Source of the DNA: a virus | Taxonomy: Duplodnaviria > Caudoviricetes | Direction: 5' to 3' (one strand) | Length of the DNA stretch: 64,000 bases | IMG/VR virus record: IMGVR_UViG_2904541872_000002 | Span: 1,693 to 65,692 of that record | Part shown: piece by piece, positions 35,784-44,465 of the stretch | How positions within the stretch are numbered: position 1 is the first letter of the stretch | Layout: each line of letters begins with the position of its first letter | The notes under the pieces: generated by a model | The model's input: only the letters and a program-made list of their open reading frames with translations | What the model was told of the DNA's origin: nothing | Databases searched by the model: none | Translations under genes and position numbers: made by a program

Positions 35784-38120
35784 CTACACCGGTACGTTGT
35801 CTGACGTGCGCGCGGTCTCGATACCGTCCATGCCCTCGCCGCCGGCGCGCGGCCGCGGCGGGAACGTCGGGCTGCTGTTCTCGCGCACTGGCGGTGCGGC
35901 AGCCGCTTCTTCCTGAGCCGCCGGCGGCACCACCGCGCCACCCTGCCCTTGGATGTACGGGTCCTTGATGTTCATCGCCGCGGTCTGCGCCGGCGTCGGG
36001 AAGTTCGGGTCGTCGCCGCCCGGGCTGGGCCGCGTGTAGCCCGCGCCCTGCATGATCGCGTCGGCGATCGGCGCGATCATCGGCATCTGCGCCACCTGCG
36101 CGCCACCCTGCATCGCTGCGAAGGCCGCCTGCACGCCGGTCTGCACGGCCTGGGCCATCAGCTGCTTGATCTGCGCGTCGGTCAGCCGCTCCTTCATGTC
36201 GAGTTCGCGGGCCTTCAGGTCGTGGCCGGCCATCTTGACCTCCTGCGCCACGCGCTCCTGCACCTGCTTCTCGATCTCCTCGGGCGAGGCCTGCTGACCA
36301 GCGGCGCGCAGCGCCTGCACCAGGTCGCGCTTGAACGGCACGTCCATGAGGCTCGCGAGGAACGGCATGGCCGCCGCCTGGTACTGCGCAGGCAGGCTCT
36401 TGACCGCCTCGCCCATGACGTTGAGCTGCTGCCCGCGGTAGGTGGGGCTGCTCGGCACGTCCTCGAGCCCGACCTTCAGCCGCGTGCGCTGCAGGTCGTT
36501 GCTCAGGTAGGCCACGCCGGTCTTCGGGTCGATCTCGGGCTTGTTGAGGAGGACTGTGCGGTCGGGCGTGATGGCGTCGCCTTCGATGACGATGGTGTGC
36601 GGCTCCTTGCCCATGTCCTCGACGATCATGGCCAACAGCAGCTCGCCCACCTGGGTGCGCGCGGCCTTGAAGTTGTCCATCAGGTGCGCCAGGCCCTGGT
36701 TCGCCTGCTCGACCTGCGTCTCCTCCTGCACGCCGCTGGTGGCCGTGCCGCGGCGGCCCGAGAACGCACCGGCCGCCGCCGGCGCGACGCGCTCGAGCGC
36801 CATGCGCGCGTCGTTGAGCATCTGCAACTGCTGGTCGGTGAGCTGCACGTCGCGCTTCACCTCGAACCGCGCGCCCTGCTGCGCCATTGCCGCGGCGTTG
36901 AGCACGATGTCGGCATTGCGGCGCCCGACCTGGCGGCGCAGTTGCTCGTCGGTCATGTCGACGGCGCCTTTCGTGCGCTCCACCCGGTAGGCGCTCATGC
37001 CCCATGTCATCGTGGCCGTGCCGCTGTTCAGCCGGTCCTGCTGGAAGATCATGCCGCGCACCAGGCCGTAGGGCACGCGCGTGCCGTCCTCCCGGTAGCC
37101 CCAGAACGGCACGTAGGGAAAATGCCGGTGCGTGTACGGGCTGGGCCCGTCGTGTAGGCGGTGCGGCCCGAGCCAGAAGCTGCGGCGCACGCGCGCGATG
37201 ACGGTGTGCTGCGGGCGCACGAGGCCGCGGGCCAGCGAGTAGTTGTGGACCGCGTTCTCCCGGTCGTACTCGACCACGCGGCCATCAGGCGAGCGCAGCA
37301 CCACGGCCTCGGCCCAGCGGCGGTACCAGACCTCGGACACGCACATGTCCTTGCTGACCGGGTCGTACCAGTTGTGCTCGGCCACGGTCCAGCCACGCGC
37401 CGCGTCCCAGGCGCCCGTGGTCAGCCCGGTAGAGCCGCCGCCGTCCAGCGACTCGGGCGAGAGATTCACCCACCAGTTCTGCCCGTGGCGGCCGCACTCG
37501 ATGATCAGGTCCTTGTGCTTCGGGAACACCTTGGCGACGCGGCTCGGCGGCAGCCAGCGCTCGCGGCGCAGGTAGCGCGCGTCGCTCAAGTCGTCCTCCT
37601 TGGCGTAGAAGTCCCAGTGGATCTCGTTGCGGTGCACGGCGCTGCAGCGGTACTGGTACTTGAAGGGGTCCGACTCGCGCGAGACCTCCACCCAGCCGAG
37701 GCCCACGGCCGCCTGCGGTCGGAAGGCCTTCGAGCACGCCTGGTCGGCCTTGGAATGGCGCTCGGCCTCGTTGAGCCGGAAGTTGAGCGCCTCGGCGACG
37801 TCCTGGCCTTCCGGCTGGCCATTCGGCGTCACGCGCCAGTCCGTGCGCACCGTCGCCTCGTAGCCCTGGATGGCCAGCAGCGCCGGCCCAATGAGGTCCT
37901 CCTTCGCTGGCGGGATGCCCAGCTCCTTCTGCGCGCGCAGCAGCTCGGTGTCCAGCTGGTTGCCGTCGGCGTAGTCGAGTTCCTTGTCGGCCACGGAGCG
38001 CCACGGCGGCTGCTGCTCGATCTCATAGATGAACTGGCGGTATTCCTCGAGGGTCAGCGCGCCGTCGGCGTCGATCTCCTCCTCGATGCTCAGGGTGGTG
38101 GTGCTGTTGCTCATGGTCAT
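35784..38120 (-). CDS. Portal protein, P22-like
   Basis: Start ATG 38120; ELDYADGNQL, GLGWVEV, FPYVPFWGYR, YGLVRGMIFQQD, GTATSG; long C-terminal barrel/tail. Confidence 0.9.
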   Translation of the reverse strand: MTMSNSTTTLSIEEEIDADGALTLEEYRQFIYEIEQQPPWRSVADKELDYADGNQLDTELLRAQKELGIPPAKEDLIGPALLAIQGYEATVRTDWRVTPNGQPEGQDVAEALNFRLNEAERHSKADQACSKAFRPQAAVGLGWVEVSRESDPFKYQYRCSAVHRNEIHWDFYAKEDDLSDARYLRRERWLPPSRVAKVFPKHKDLIIECGRHGQNWWVNLSPESLDGGGSTGLTTGAWDAARGWTVAEHNWYDPVSKDMCVSEVWYRRWAEAVVLRSPDGRVVEYDRENAVHNYSLARGLVRPQHTVIARVRRSFWLGPHRLHDGPSPYTHRHFPYVPFWGYREDGTRVPYGLVRGMIFQQDRLNSGTATMTWGMSAYRVERTKGAVDMTDEQLRRQVGRRNADIVLNAAAMAQQGARFEVKRDVQLTDQQLQMLNDARMALERVAPAAAGAFSGRRGTATSGVQEETQVEQANQGLAHLMDNFKAARTQVGELLLAMIVEDMGKEPHTIVIEGDAITPDRTVLLNKPEIDPKTGVAYLSNDLQRTRLKVGLEDVPSSPTYRGQQLNVMGEAVKSLPAQYQAAAMPFLASLMDVPFKRDLVQALRAAGQQASPEEIEKQVQERVAQEVKMAGHDLKARELDMKERLTDAQIKQLMAQAVQTGVQAAFAAMQGGAQVAQMPMIAPIADAIMQGAGYTRPSPGGDDPNFPTPAQTAAMNIKDPYIQGQGGAVVPPAAQEEAAAAPPVRENSSPTFPPRPRAGGEGMDGIETARTSDNVPV

Positions 38121-38130
38121 GGTGGTGCTC

Positions 38131-39882
38131 CTACACGCGCCAGTCGGAGGCCGGGGCCTCGACGTAGGCGGTGTTGTCGGTGAGGTTGGACAGCAGGCCC
38201 AGCTCCTTGGCCTGGGCCCACTGGCGCAGCGCGTCGGCACCCTCGGTGCAGCCGTTGCTCTTGTCGGGCTGGTCGAGATAGCGGCTCTCCGACTGGCTGA
38301 ATTTCTTGCGGTAGCCCTGGATGCGCTCGACACCTTGCTTCGTGGCGTCGAGGTCGAAGAAGGCGCCCTTGATGTGCTTACGCACGGCGTAGATGCCGGC
38401 CATCAGATCGGTGACGCACGGCACGATGAAGAAGGCCTGGCCAGGCAGCAGCTGCTCGAGCTGCTCCTTCGTGCTCCTGTTGTAGTCGCCGAGGCGCTTG
38501 TGGTTCGCGTCGTGCGGCAGGAAGTGGCCGCCGTAGAGGTAGCCGCGGTCCTGGAGGTGCCGCGCGTAGTGGCGCAGGTCCTCGCCGTGCTCCTCGTAGT
38601 AGCCGATGAACCGGTCCTCGCTGCGCAGGATCTGCATGAACCAGATGGCCGTGCCGTCTTTGTTGCCGATGTCCCAGAACGTGAACACGGGCAGGTCGAG
38701 CACCGGCACCTGGCAGATGCCGCCTCGCTTGCGCAGCAACACCATGTCCTTCGCGTAGTAGTGGCCGGCCGTGGACTGCTGGAATGCCTCCTCGGGGGTC
38801 GAGGGGTACTCTTGCCACATGCGCTCCTCTTTGCCCGAGAAGTCATTGCGCAGCTTCTCGACGTACCAGGCGCGCTGGCCCAGGTCGATCTTGGCGTCGA
38901 TCTTCGACTCGAGCTCGTCGAAGTAGTCGTGCTGCTCGGGCGTGATGGACACGCCGGCCGGGTCGATCGAGTAGGTCGGGTCCTGCCACCAGGCGTAGAA
39001 GTGGAAGCGGTACTGGCTGGGCGTCAGCTTGCGCGCGCCGGCCACCAGCGCCTGGGCGCGCTGGCAGATGTCGTAGAACTCGCCCTCGGTGCCTTCGGCC
39101 GTGCTCTCGATGACCAGGATGCCGGACAGCGGCACGGCCTGGAACGAGCCCGTGACGACTTCGTTGGCCTTCGCGGGAAACTTGGCGCAGATCTTCCCGA
39201 ACTCGGAGACGTGCAGCCTGTGGATGGTGCCGCCGCGCACGCTGGTGGCCACGCGGATGCTGCTGTTGTTGTGGCCGAACAGCAGTTCCTTCGTGCTGGC
39301 GCGCGCGAGCGGAAAGCGCTGACGGATCTCCTCGGGCAGGTGGTCGTATGCGAAGACGACCTTGTCGCGGAAGATGGCCTCGGCCGTCTCGCGGTCCTGC
39401 GCGATCATGCCGCAGCGCTGGTTCCCGTTGAACAGCGCGTGGTCGAGCCAGAGGATGGCGACCAGCGTGGTGAAGCCGAGCTGCCGAGCCTTCAGGATGA
39501 CGTTGCGGTGCCAGAGCCTGGTGATGAAGCGCTTCTGCGCGCGGTTCGGCTTGAACGGCATGACGAAGGAATCGCCCTCGTCGATGACCTCGCCCTCCTC
39601 GTTCCTGATCGGCTCGCCCTTGACGATGATCTGGTAGAGGCAGCCGCTGAACAGGCGCCACTGCGGGTCGCGCAAGCAGCGCTCGAGTTCCGCCGCGTCC
39701 GTGGGCAGGAAGTCGGCGTGCTTGGCGATGTGCGGCCCGCGCTTCGGCCGGCGCCGGTTGTCCCAGCGGTGCCCGAGCTGCGCGTCGAGGTCGCGACCAG
39801 GCTCGACCTCAAGCGCGGTGTCGTCCTCGTCAAGCGTGCCCGGGTCGGCGGGGCGCGCCGCAGCCTTAGCCTGGAGCGCCAT
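38131..39882 (-). CDS. Terminase large subunit
   Basis: Walker A LKARQLGFTT, Walker B LHVSEFG, IESTAEG, nuclease WDIG, HFLPHD, ADALR; start ATG 39882. Confidence 0.95.
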   Translation of the reverse strand: MALQAKAAARPADPGTLDEDDTALEVEPGRDLDAQLGHRWDNRRRPKRGPHIAKHADFLPTDAAELERCLRDPQWRLFSGCLYQIIVKGEPIRNEEGEVIDEGDSFVMPFKPNRAQKRFITRLWHRNVILKARQLGFTTLVAILWLDHALFNGNQRCGMIAQDRETAEAIFRDKVVFAYDHLPEEIRQRFPLARASTKELLFGHNNSSIRVATSVRGGTIHRLHVSEFGKICAKFPAKANEVVTGSFQAVPLSGILVIESTAEGTEGEFYDICQRAQALVAGARKLTPSQYRFHFYAWWQDPTYSIDPAGVSITPEQHDYFDELESKIDAKIDLGQRAWYVEKLRNDFSGKEERMWQEYPSTPEEAFQQSTAGHYYAKDMVLLRKRGGICQVPVLDLPVFTFWDIGNKDGTAIWFMQILRSEDRFIGYYEEHGEDLRHYARHLQDRGYLYGGHFLPHDANHKRLGDYNRSTKEQLEQLLPGQAFFIVPCVTDLMAGIYAVRKHIKGAFFDLDATKQGVERIQGYRKKFSQSESRYLDQPDKSNGCTEGADALRQWAQAKELGLLSNLTDNTAYVEAPASDWRV

Positions 39883-40804
39883 CGTCCACGTCCTGGCGCG
39901 GCAGGAGGCTATTCGTGCCGCTGGGAGCCTCGGGCGCCTCCGGGTCGTTGGCCACGGGCCGGAACCCGTTGCCATTGCCATTCGCGATGCTGTGCAGCAG
40001 GGCCGCCAGAGGGTCGGTCTTCTGCTGGTTGTCCTTCTCGTAGAGGCCCAGGTGCTTGAACAGCTTCTCCATGGCCGCGCCCTTGTCGTGCATCGAGATC
40101 TCGATGCCGTACTTGGTCATCTTGGCGCCGGCGTAGAGAGCGAGCGCCCGCGGCGACAGGCGGCGTGTGTCGGCCAGCACGGTGCGCGCGTGGCCATCGC
40201 CGCCGCAGTCCGGGCAGGCCGGGTGCGGCGGCTTGAGCGGGTCGAAGCCGATGCCGCCCTTCTCGTCGAAGTCGGCCGGGCCGCCGCCCTTCACGGCGTG
40301 CTGCTCGCGGTCGTGATTGAACTCGCCGATGGTGCGCTGCCACTTGAAGCCCTCGCCCCAGCAGTGCCGGCAGCAGCCGACCTTCACCTGCACCAGCTCG
40401 CGCGGGTCGGCCAGCATGATGTTCCACGCCTCGGTCACCACGCGGTCCGCGTCGACCTGCGTGCGCTCCTGCTGCGCCTTCCTGGCATCAGCGATCGCGG
40501 CCTGGATGTACGGTTTTGACAGGTTCTCCGAGGCCATCTGCCGCGCGCTGTCGGGGCTGTATCCGGCCCGGACTGCTGCCTGCGTGCCGTTTAGGTCGAC
40601 CAGGTACTCGTCGACGAAGCGCTGCTGCAGGTCGGTAAGGCCGAGCTGGGCCGGATCCGTTGCTGGTCGGCGTGGCTTCTTCGGCTTGGCGGCCGGTGCC
40701 CTCTTGCGCGCAGGCGAGCCCGCGGCCTTCTTGGGGGCTGCGGGCTTGGTGGTGGTCTTCTTCGGTGCGGGCGCCGGCTTCTTGGCCGGCTTGCGTGGTG
40801 CCAT
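39866..40804 (-). CDS. Terminase small subunit with zinc-finger insertion
   Basis: LTDLQQRFVDEYLVDLNGTQAAVRAGYS; CRHCWG...CPDCGGDG; HDKGAAMEKLFKHLG. Confidence 0.9.
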   Translation of the reverse strand: MAPRKPAKKPAPAPKKTTTKPAAPKKAAGSPARKRAPAAKPKKPRRPATDPAQLGLTDLQQRFVDEYLVDLNGTQAAVRAGYSPDSARQMASENLSKPYIQAAIADARKAQQERTQVDADRVVTEAWNIMLADPRELVQVKVGCCRHCWGEGFKWQRTIGEFNHDREQHAVKGGGPADFDEKGGIGFDPLKPPHPACPDCGGDGHARTVLADTRRLSPRALALYAGAKMTKYGIEISMHDKGAAMEKLFKHLGLYEKDNQQKTDPLAALLHSIANGNGNGFRPVANDPEAPEAPSGTNSLLPRQDVDDGAPG

Positions 40805-40811
40805 GCGGGCG

Positions 40812-40854
40812 AGTCTTCCGCGCGCGGGCCCGGGGGGCGAACCCTATAGGGGGG
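40812..40854 (-). promoter_or_regulatory. Late promoter element copy 7 (terminase operon), predicted leaderless
   Basis: CCCCCCTATAGGG-TTCGCC-N18-AAGACT, ATG 8 nt after, no SD. Confidence 0.75.
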
Positions 40855-40993
40855 CCCATCGACGCGAAGCTCGGGCGAAAGAACCAGGTCCTAGGGTTGC
40901 ACACGAGAACTTATGGTTCAGCACTGTAGGACAGCGTCTCGGCGGGGAGCGAAACCCTTGCGCCTACAGCCGATGTCTCTTGAAGATTAGGGG

Positions 40994-41194
40994 ATGCTCG
41001 TCTCTGATCCCGAATTGAAATCGCGCCTGACGGCTCAAATGGCCTGGGAGGCTGCATGCGAGCGGGTTCGCAAGACGCTGCACCCACCTCTTGGCTATCC
41101 CAAGCCAACCCCGGAGGAACTCGAGGCCGCCTTCACGAATGCCGCAGAACGGCTGCATACCTTGCGCGTCATCTGCACCACGCCAGAGGAATGA
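40994..41194 (+). CDS. Small hypothetical protein (66 aa)
   Basis: ATG after GGGG, helical amphipathic sequence, stop abuts terminator A tract. Confidence 0.55.
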   Translation: MLVSDPELKSRLTAQMAWEAACERVRKTLHPPLGYPKPTPEELEAAFTNAAERLHTLRVICTTPEE

Positions 41195-41222
41195 AAAAAC
41201 CCGCCAGGGTGGTCCTGGCGGG
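41194..41222 (-). terminator. Intrinsic terminator of candidate ncRNA
   Basis: 9-bp stem 41200-41208 / 41214-41222, T6 on the minus strand. Confidence 0.85.
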
Positions 41223-41428
41223 CGAACGTGCGACCGAGGCCGCTCGAGGAGACAACTGGCCGGCTCGATGCCGGGAGCGGTCCATCCGACTACGCGCGCT
41301 GCGCGCTGGACCGTGCGGTTTCGTCCCACCCTGCAACCCCTGGGACGAGCAGGAGGAAAAATCCGGAGTGGCTTACCCCCCACTCCAGCACCAGGGCTGG
41401 CGCCGTGTTCGGGGTCCGGTTGCCCGTG
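41194..41428 (-). ncRNA. Candidate structured ncRNA (about 235 nt)
   Basis: Upstream late promoter copy, at least four hairpins, no convincing ORF, ends in terminator CCCGCCAGG-ACCAC-CCTGGCGGG-TTTTTT. Confidence 0.6.
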
Positions 41429-41434
41429 GCCTGA

Positions 41435-41476
41435 ATCTTCCGGCTGCCGGCACATGCGGCGAATCCCTACAGGGGG
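41435..41476 (-). promoter_or_regulatory. Late promoter element copy 8 (ncRNA)
   Basis: CCCCCTGTAGGG-ATTCGC-N18-GAAGAT. Confidence 0.65.
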
Positions 41477-41499
41477 ACGGCGCAACCTGATCGGGGACA

Positions 41500-42177
41500 A
41501 TGCTCGTCCGATTCATGGAGGCGAACTTGGCATCCCTCACCCATTTCGAGATGGAACAGGCGCTCCGGAAGGCGGGCGTGGCTGTTCGCCCATACCCCAC
41601 AGCGACGCACGATTTGAAGGCGCACGATCTTCGCGAAGAGGATCGACGGCTAATCGAGGCCGGATCTGCCTGGGAGCGGGAGCTAGAGCGCCTTTATGCA
41701 ATGCACGTTCAGGACGCACATGCCGGCGAGCAGATGGATTTCGCGCTGCGGTTCGACACCACATGCACGGAGAAAGGCATGGGCCCGGCGCTGGCCTTGC
41801 TGAACTCGGAGGTGCCCCACCGATTCACCGGCGTCTATCGCGCTACGCCGACCTCTATGGTTCTCGTCGAGCTATTAGACAAGGATGGCGCGCCTCGGCC
41901 CGACTACCTCGCCGAGGTTCCTCTGGCCTCCAGTTTCTGTCAGTACGTGCTGCGCGACGGCTCATTCCTGACGGACAACTCTGGTACCGACCAGCGGCTG
42001 AACGGTCACCCCTACCAGGGCGTGTTGCTGGCGTACTGCGGAGCGCCCATCTTCAATGCCAAGGGCGTCCCCATCGGCACTGTCTGCCACTTCGACGCCG
42101 TGTCGTGCGAGGCATCCGAAGTTCAGATCGCCCGGCTGCACGCGGCGGCCACGATCCTTTCCAACTACCTCCGGTAG
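41500..42177 (+). CDS. Stand-alone GAF-domain protein
   Basis: HRFTGVYR, SFCQYV, D.RL.GHP, YCGAPI...G..IGTVCHFD; true start may be internal. Confidence 0.75.
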   Translation: MLVRFMEANLASLTHFEMEQALRKAGVAVRPYPTATHDLKAHDLREEDRRLIEAGSAWERELERLYAMHVQDAHAGEQMDFALRFDTTCTEKGMGPALALLNSEVPHRFTGVYRATPTSMVLVELLDKDGAPRPDYLAEVPLASSFCQYVLRDGSFLTDNSGTDQRLNGHPYQGVLLAYCGAPIFNAKGVPIGTVCHFDAVSCEASEVQIARLHAAATILSNYLR

Positions 42178-42198
42178 CCGTTACTCAAAGCTGCAAGG

Positions 42199-42606
42199 CT
42201 AGATTTCGGATGCGGAGCCGAGATTGTTCCGCGAGACGCTGAAAATAGCGCCCGTGCCGCTGGAAACTACTCGAGCGATTTGTCGGCGTTCACGCATTTT
42301 CTCTCGACCGACCCGCCAAGACTCACGCAGGTCAGCCCTGATGCGTTCGAGTTCAGCGTGGCCTTCCGACGTTATCGCCAACACTGTGGCTTTTTGCACC
42401 GGCAGGTTCCTGCCGTGCATCTCGAACGGAGGAAAGGACTCAGAAATAATGAGGCCGGTGGATGTCAGAATCCGCACGTGATTCAAATCGACAGGGCTCC
42501 AAGTTTCCTTGGGCAAGGCACCTGCGGCCAAACTCAATAGGAACAAGCGCGGCGTATCGACCAAGTCCCCACAGGCGTCTTTCCTTCTGTCGTCAGGAAT
42601 GCTCAT
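42199..42606 (-). CDS. Hypothetical protein (possible winged-helix-like fold)
   Basis: 135 aa, SPVDLNHVRILTSTGLI...VLAITSEGHAEL; low GC. Confidence 0.65.
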   Translation of the reverse strand: MSIPDDRRKDACGDLVDTPRLFLLSLAAGALPKETWSPVDLNHVRILTSTGLIISESFPPFEMHGRNLPVQKATVLAITSEGHAELERIRADLRESWRVGREKMRERRQIARVVSSGTGAIFSVSRNNLGSASEI

Positions 42607-42821
42607 TGGCTCACCCTTGCCAAGGTTTCAAATAGCTGGCTGCCGAGCATTTTGAGCGAAATGTTGCGTGTGCGTATATCGGCGCGCACTTACACAACTC
42701 GATCAAGCCAACTATTGAGCGAAAGTGCGCCTGATCGACTCGGCGTACTGACCCCGGGTCTTCACCCCGCGACAGACTCCAACGCAAGAGCTTTTGGCGG
42801 CTCGCCCTTCACAGTAGTGTC

Positions 42822-42896
42822 TGGTTGCGGTGGCCCGATGAACGGGCGACCTGTGGGTTATGAGCCCTCTGCGCTACCTGGCTGCGCTACACCGCG
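42822..42896 (-). tRNA. Degenerate initiator-type tRNA-Met(CAT), possibly pseudo-tRNA
   Basis: C1:A72 mismatch, three G-C pairs in anticodon stem, CTCATAA loop, encoded CCA; T-loop only 5 nt (TTCAT), A28:A42 mismatch. Confidence 0.75.
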
Positions 42897-43418
42897 GTCA
42901 AAGTGTGGAACGTTCGCGGCCGGCACGCCCGCCCGACAGGGGGTATCGAACAGCTGCACCTGCTTCGGGTCGACCGGCGCCTCGAGAGCGGCCACCCGGC
43001 GGCGCAGGCGCTTGATCTCCTCGCCCATCTCGGCCGCCAGCAGGGCGGTGTTGCGACCGGTCTCGATGGCAATCGCCTGTGCGGCCGCGCCGGCCTGCAG
43101 CGCCGCCAGCATGCGGTCCTCGCGCGGCGTGAGCTGGAACACCATGTCGCCAATCTCGATCTTCACCCAACCGTCGGCCAGCAGCGTCTTCGACATGGCG
43201 CGCGCCGGCGGGTGCTGGATGGCCGGCACGTAGACGCCGCGCTGCACGCGCAGGATGTCGCCGCGGTCGACCAGCGTGCCGACGCGGTCGTCGATGATGC
43301 TGAGCGTCAGGCCGGTGAGCTCGGCCAGCGTCTCTCGGGTGACGATTTGCTCCTTGGCGTGCAGGTCCTGCACGGCCTCGAGCACGATGGTGGTGCTTGA
43401 TTTGCGGTCTTCGGGCAT
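42858..43418 (-). CDS. Winged-helix DNA-binding protein, candidate late activator
   Basis: TRETLAELTGLTLSIIDDRVGTLVDRGDILRVQRGVY; last early-right gene; stop codon falls in the tRNA anticodon loop. Confidence 0.7.
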   Translation of the reverse strand: MPEDRKSSTTIVLEAVQDLHAKEQIVTRETLAELTGLTLSIIDDRVGTLVDRGDILRVQRGVYVPAIQHPPARAMSKTLLADGWVKIEIGDMVFQLTPREDRMLAALQAGAAAQAIAIETGRNTALLAAEMGEEIKRLRRRVAALEAPVDPKQVQLFDTPCRAGVPAANVPHFDRGVAQPGSAEGS

Positions 43419-43434
43419 CGGTTGTTCTCCTCGT

Positions 43435-43968
43435 TCAAATTCTGTCGAGCGCCCACTGGGCGGCTTTCCGCTCGCGCGGCGTGGCCGGCACCTTGCCCGT
43501 CACGATGTCCTGCCAGATGGCCACCATCCGGAGGTGGGCGGCGCCGAAGCGCTCGGTCTTCTCGGCCGCCGGCGCCGGGCCCTGGTCGAGCCAGCGGTGG
43601 CAGGCGTCGCAACCGTGCACATGCCACTGGTCGTCGGCCTTGCGCGCGCCGGCCTTGCCGTGCACGGACTGGTTGCTGTGGCACGCCACGGTCGTGTCGG
43701 TGCCGCCGCGGCAGATCCCGGGCACCAGCAGCAGGCAGCGCTGGCCGCGCGCCATGTCCAGCAGCGCGCGGTTCTTCAGCTTCTTCGTCTTCAGCCGTGG
43801 CCCCTTGAAGTCCGCGTCGTTGATCGCCGCCATGCGCACGATTCGCCCGGGGACGGGATCGACGCGCACGAGCACGGTCACGCTCGGCTCGCGCGCCAGG
43901 TCGAAGCCGATCAGCGCAGGCAGCCGGCGCTTGAAGGGCGTGCGCTTGAGCGGCGTGCTGCGCTTCAC
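43435..43968 (-). CDS. DUF1364-like His/Cys nuclease
   Basis: GTG 43968; ARGQRCLLLVPGIC, TTVACHSN, GKAGARKADD, CDACHRWLD. Confidence 0.8.
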   Translation of the reverse strand: MKRSTPLKRTPFKRRLPALIGFDLAREPSVTVLVRVDPVPGRIVRMAAINDADFKGPRLKTKKLKNRALLDMARGQRCLLLVPGICRGGTDTTVACHSNQSVHGKAGARKADDQWHVHGCDACHRWLDQGPAPAAEKTERFGAAHLRMVAIWQDIVTGKVPATPRERKAAQWALDRI

Positions 43969-44465
43969 GTCGGGCCCATCCCGATGATCTCGCCCGTGTC
44001 CGGGTCGACCTGCATCCGCTCCCACTGCTCGAAGCTGGCCGGGAAGGTCACGCCCAGCTCGGTGGCCGCGAAGGCGCTCACGCGGTCGATCAGCTGGCTG
44101 TAGCCCTTCACGCCTAGGTCCTCTGTGCTGACGCGCTCGCGCCGGCGCACCTTCTTGCCGGTGAGCGGGTTGCGGGTGGTGACCGTCTTGTGGCCCAGGT
44201 ACTCGGCGCGGAAGTGCTCCTTCCAGACCTTCAGCGGAAACTGAGCGCCCTGCGGCCGGGCCTGCGCGGCGATGGTCTTGAGCACCACGCCGTGGTAGTA
44301 CTTCCGCTGGCGATCGGTCTTCGCATCCTCGTGCAGCCGGATCTCCAGCTCGAGCCGGCGGCCCGCAGCCCACTGCTCCTTGCACCACGGCGCGACGCGC
44401 TCGAGGAAGCTGGCGCGCGCGCGCTCTTGGTCCGGCCAGATGACGTGTAGGGCGAGATCGCTCAT
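43965..44465 (-). CDS. NinB-like recombination protein
   Basis: KTDRQRKYYHG, WKEHFR, STEDLGVKGYSQLIDRVSAFAA.ELGVTF. Confidence 0.75.
   Translation of the reverse strand: MSDLALHVIWPDQERARASFLERVAPWCKEQWAAGRRLELEIRLHEDAKTDRQRKYYHGVVLKTIAAQARPQGAQFPLKVWKEHFRAEYLGHKTVTTRNPLTGKKVRRRERVSTEDLGVKGYSQLIDRVSAFAATELGVTFPASFEQWERMQVDPDTGEIIGMGPT

Noticed and set aside
7685-40059. Many long ORFs antisense or frame-shifted to late genes (e.g. 7685..11878 +, 11978..14431 +, 29758..31941 +, 38029..40059 +)
   Set aside because: Shadow frames of high-GC genes; Arg/Ala/Gly-biased translations with no motifs
41290-41360. Hammerhead-like GGGACGAAAC...GGTC in the candidate ncRNA
   Set aside because: The required CUGANGA core is absent (CUGCUC instead) and stem I cannot form
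42735-42800. CGGG-GTGAAGA-CCCG hairpin downstream of the tRNA-like gene as a second RNA gene
   Set aside because: Single short stem; no cloverleaf or recognisable ribozyme core
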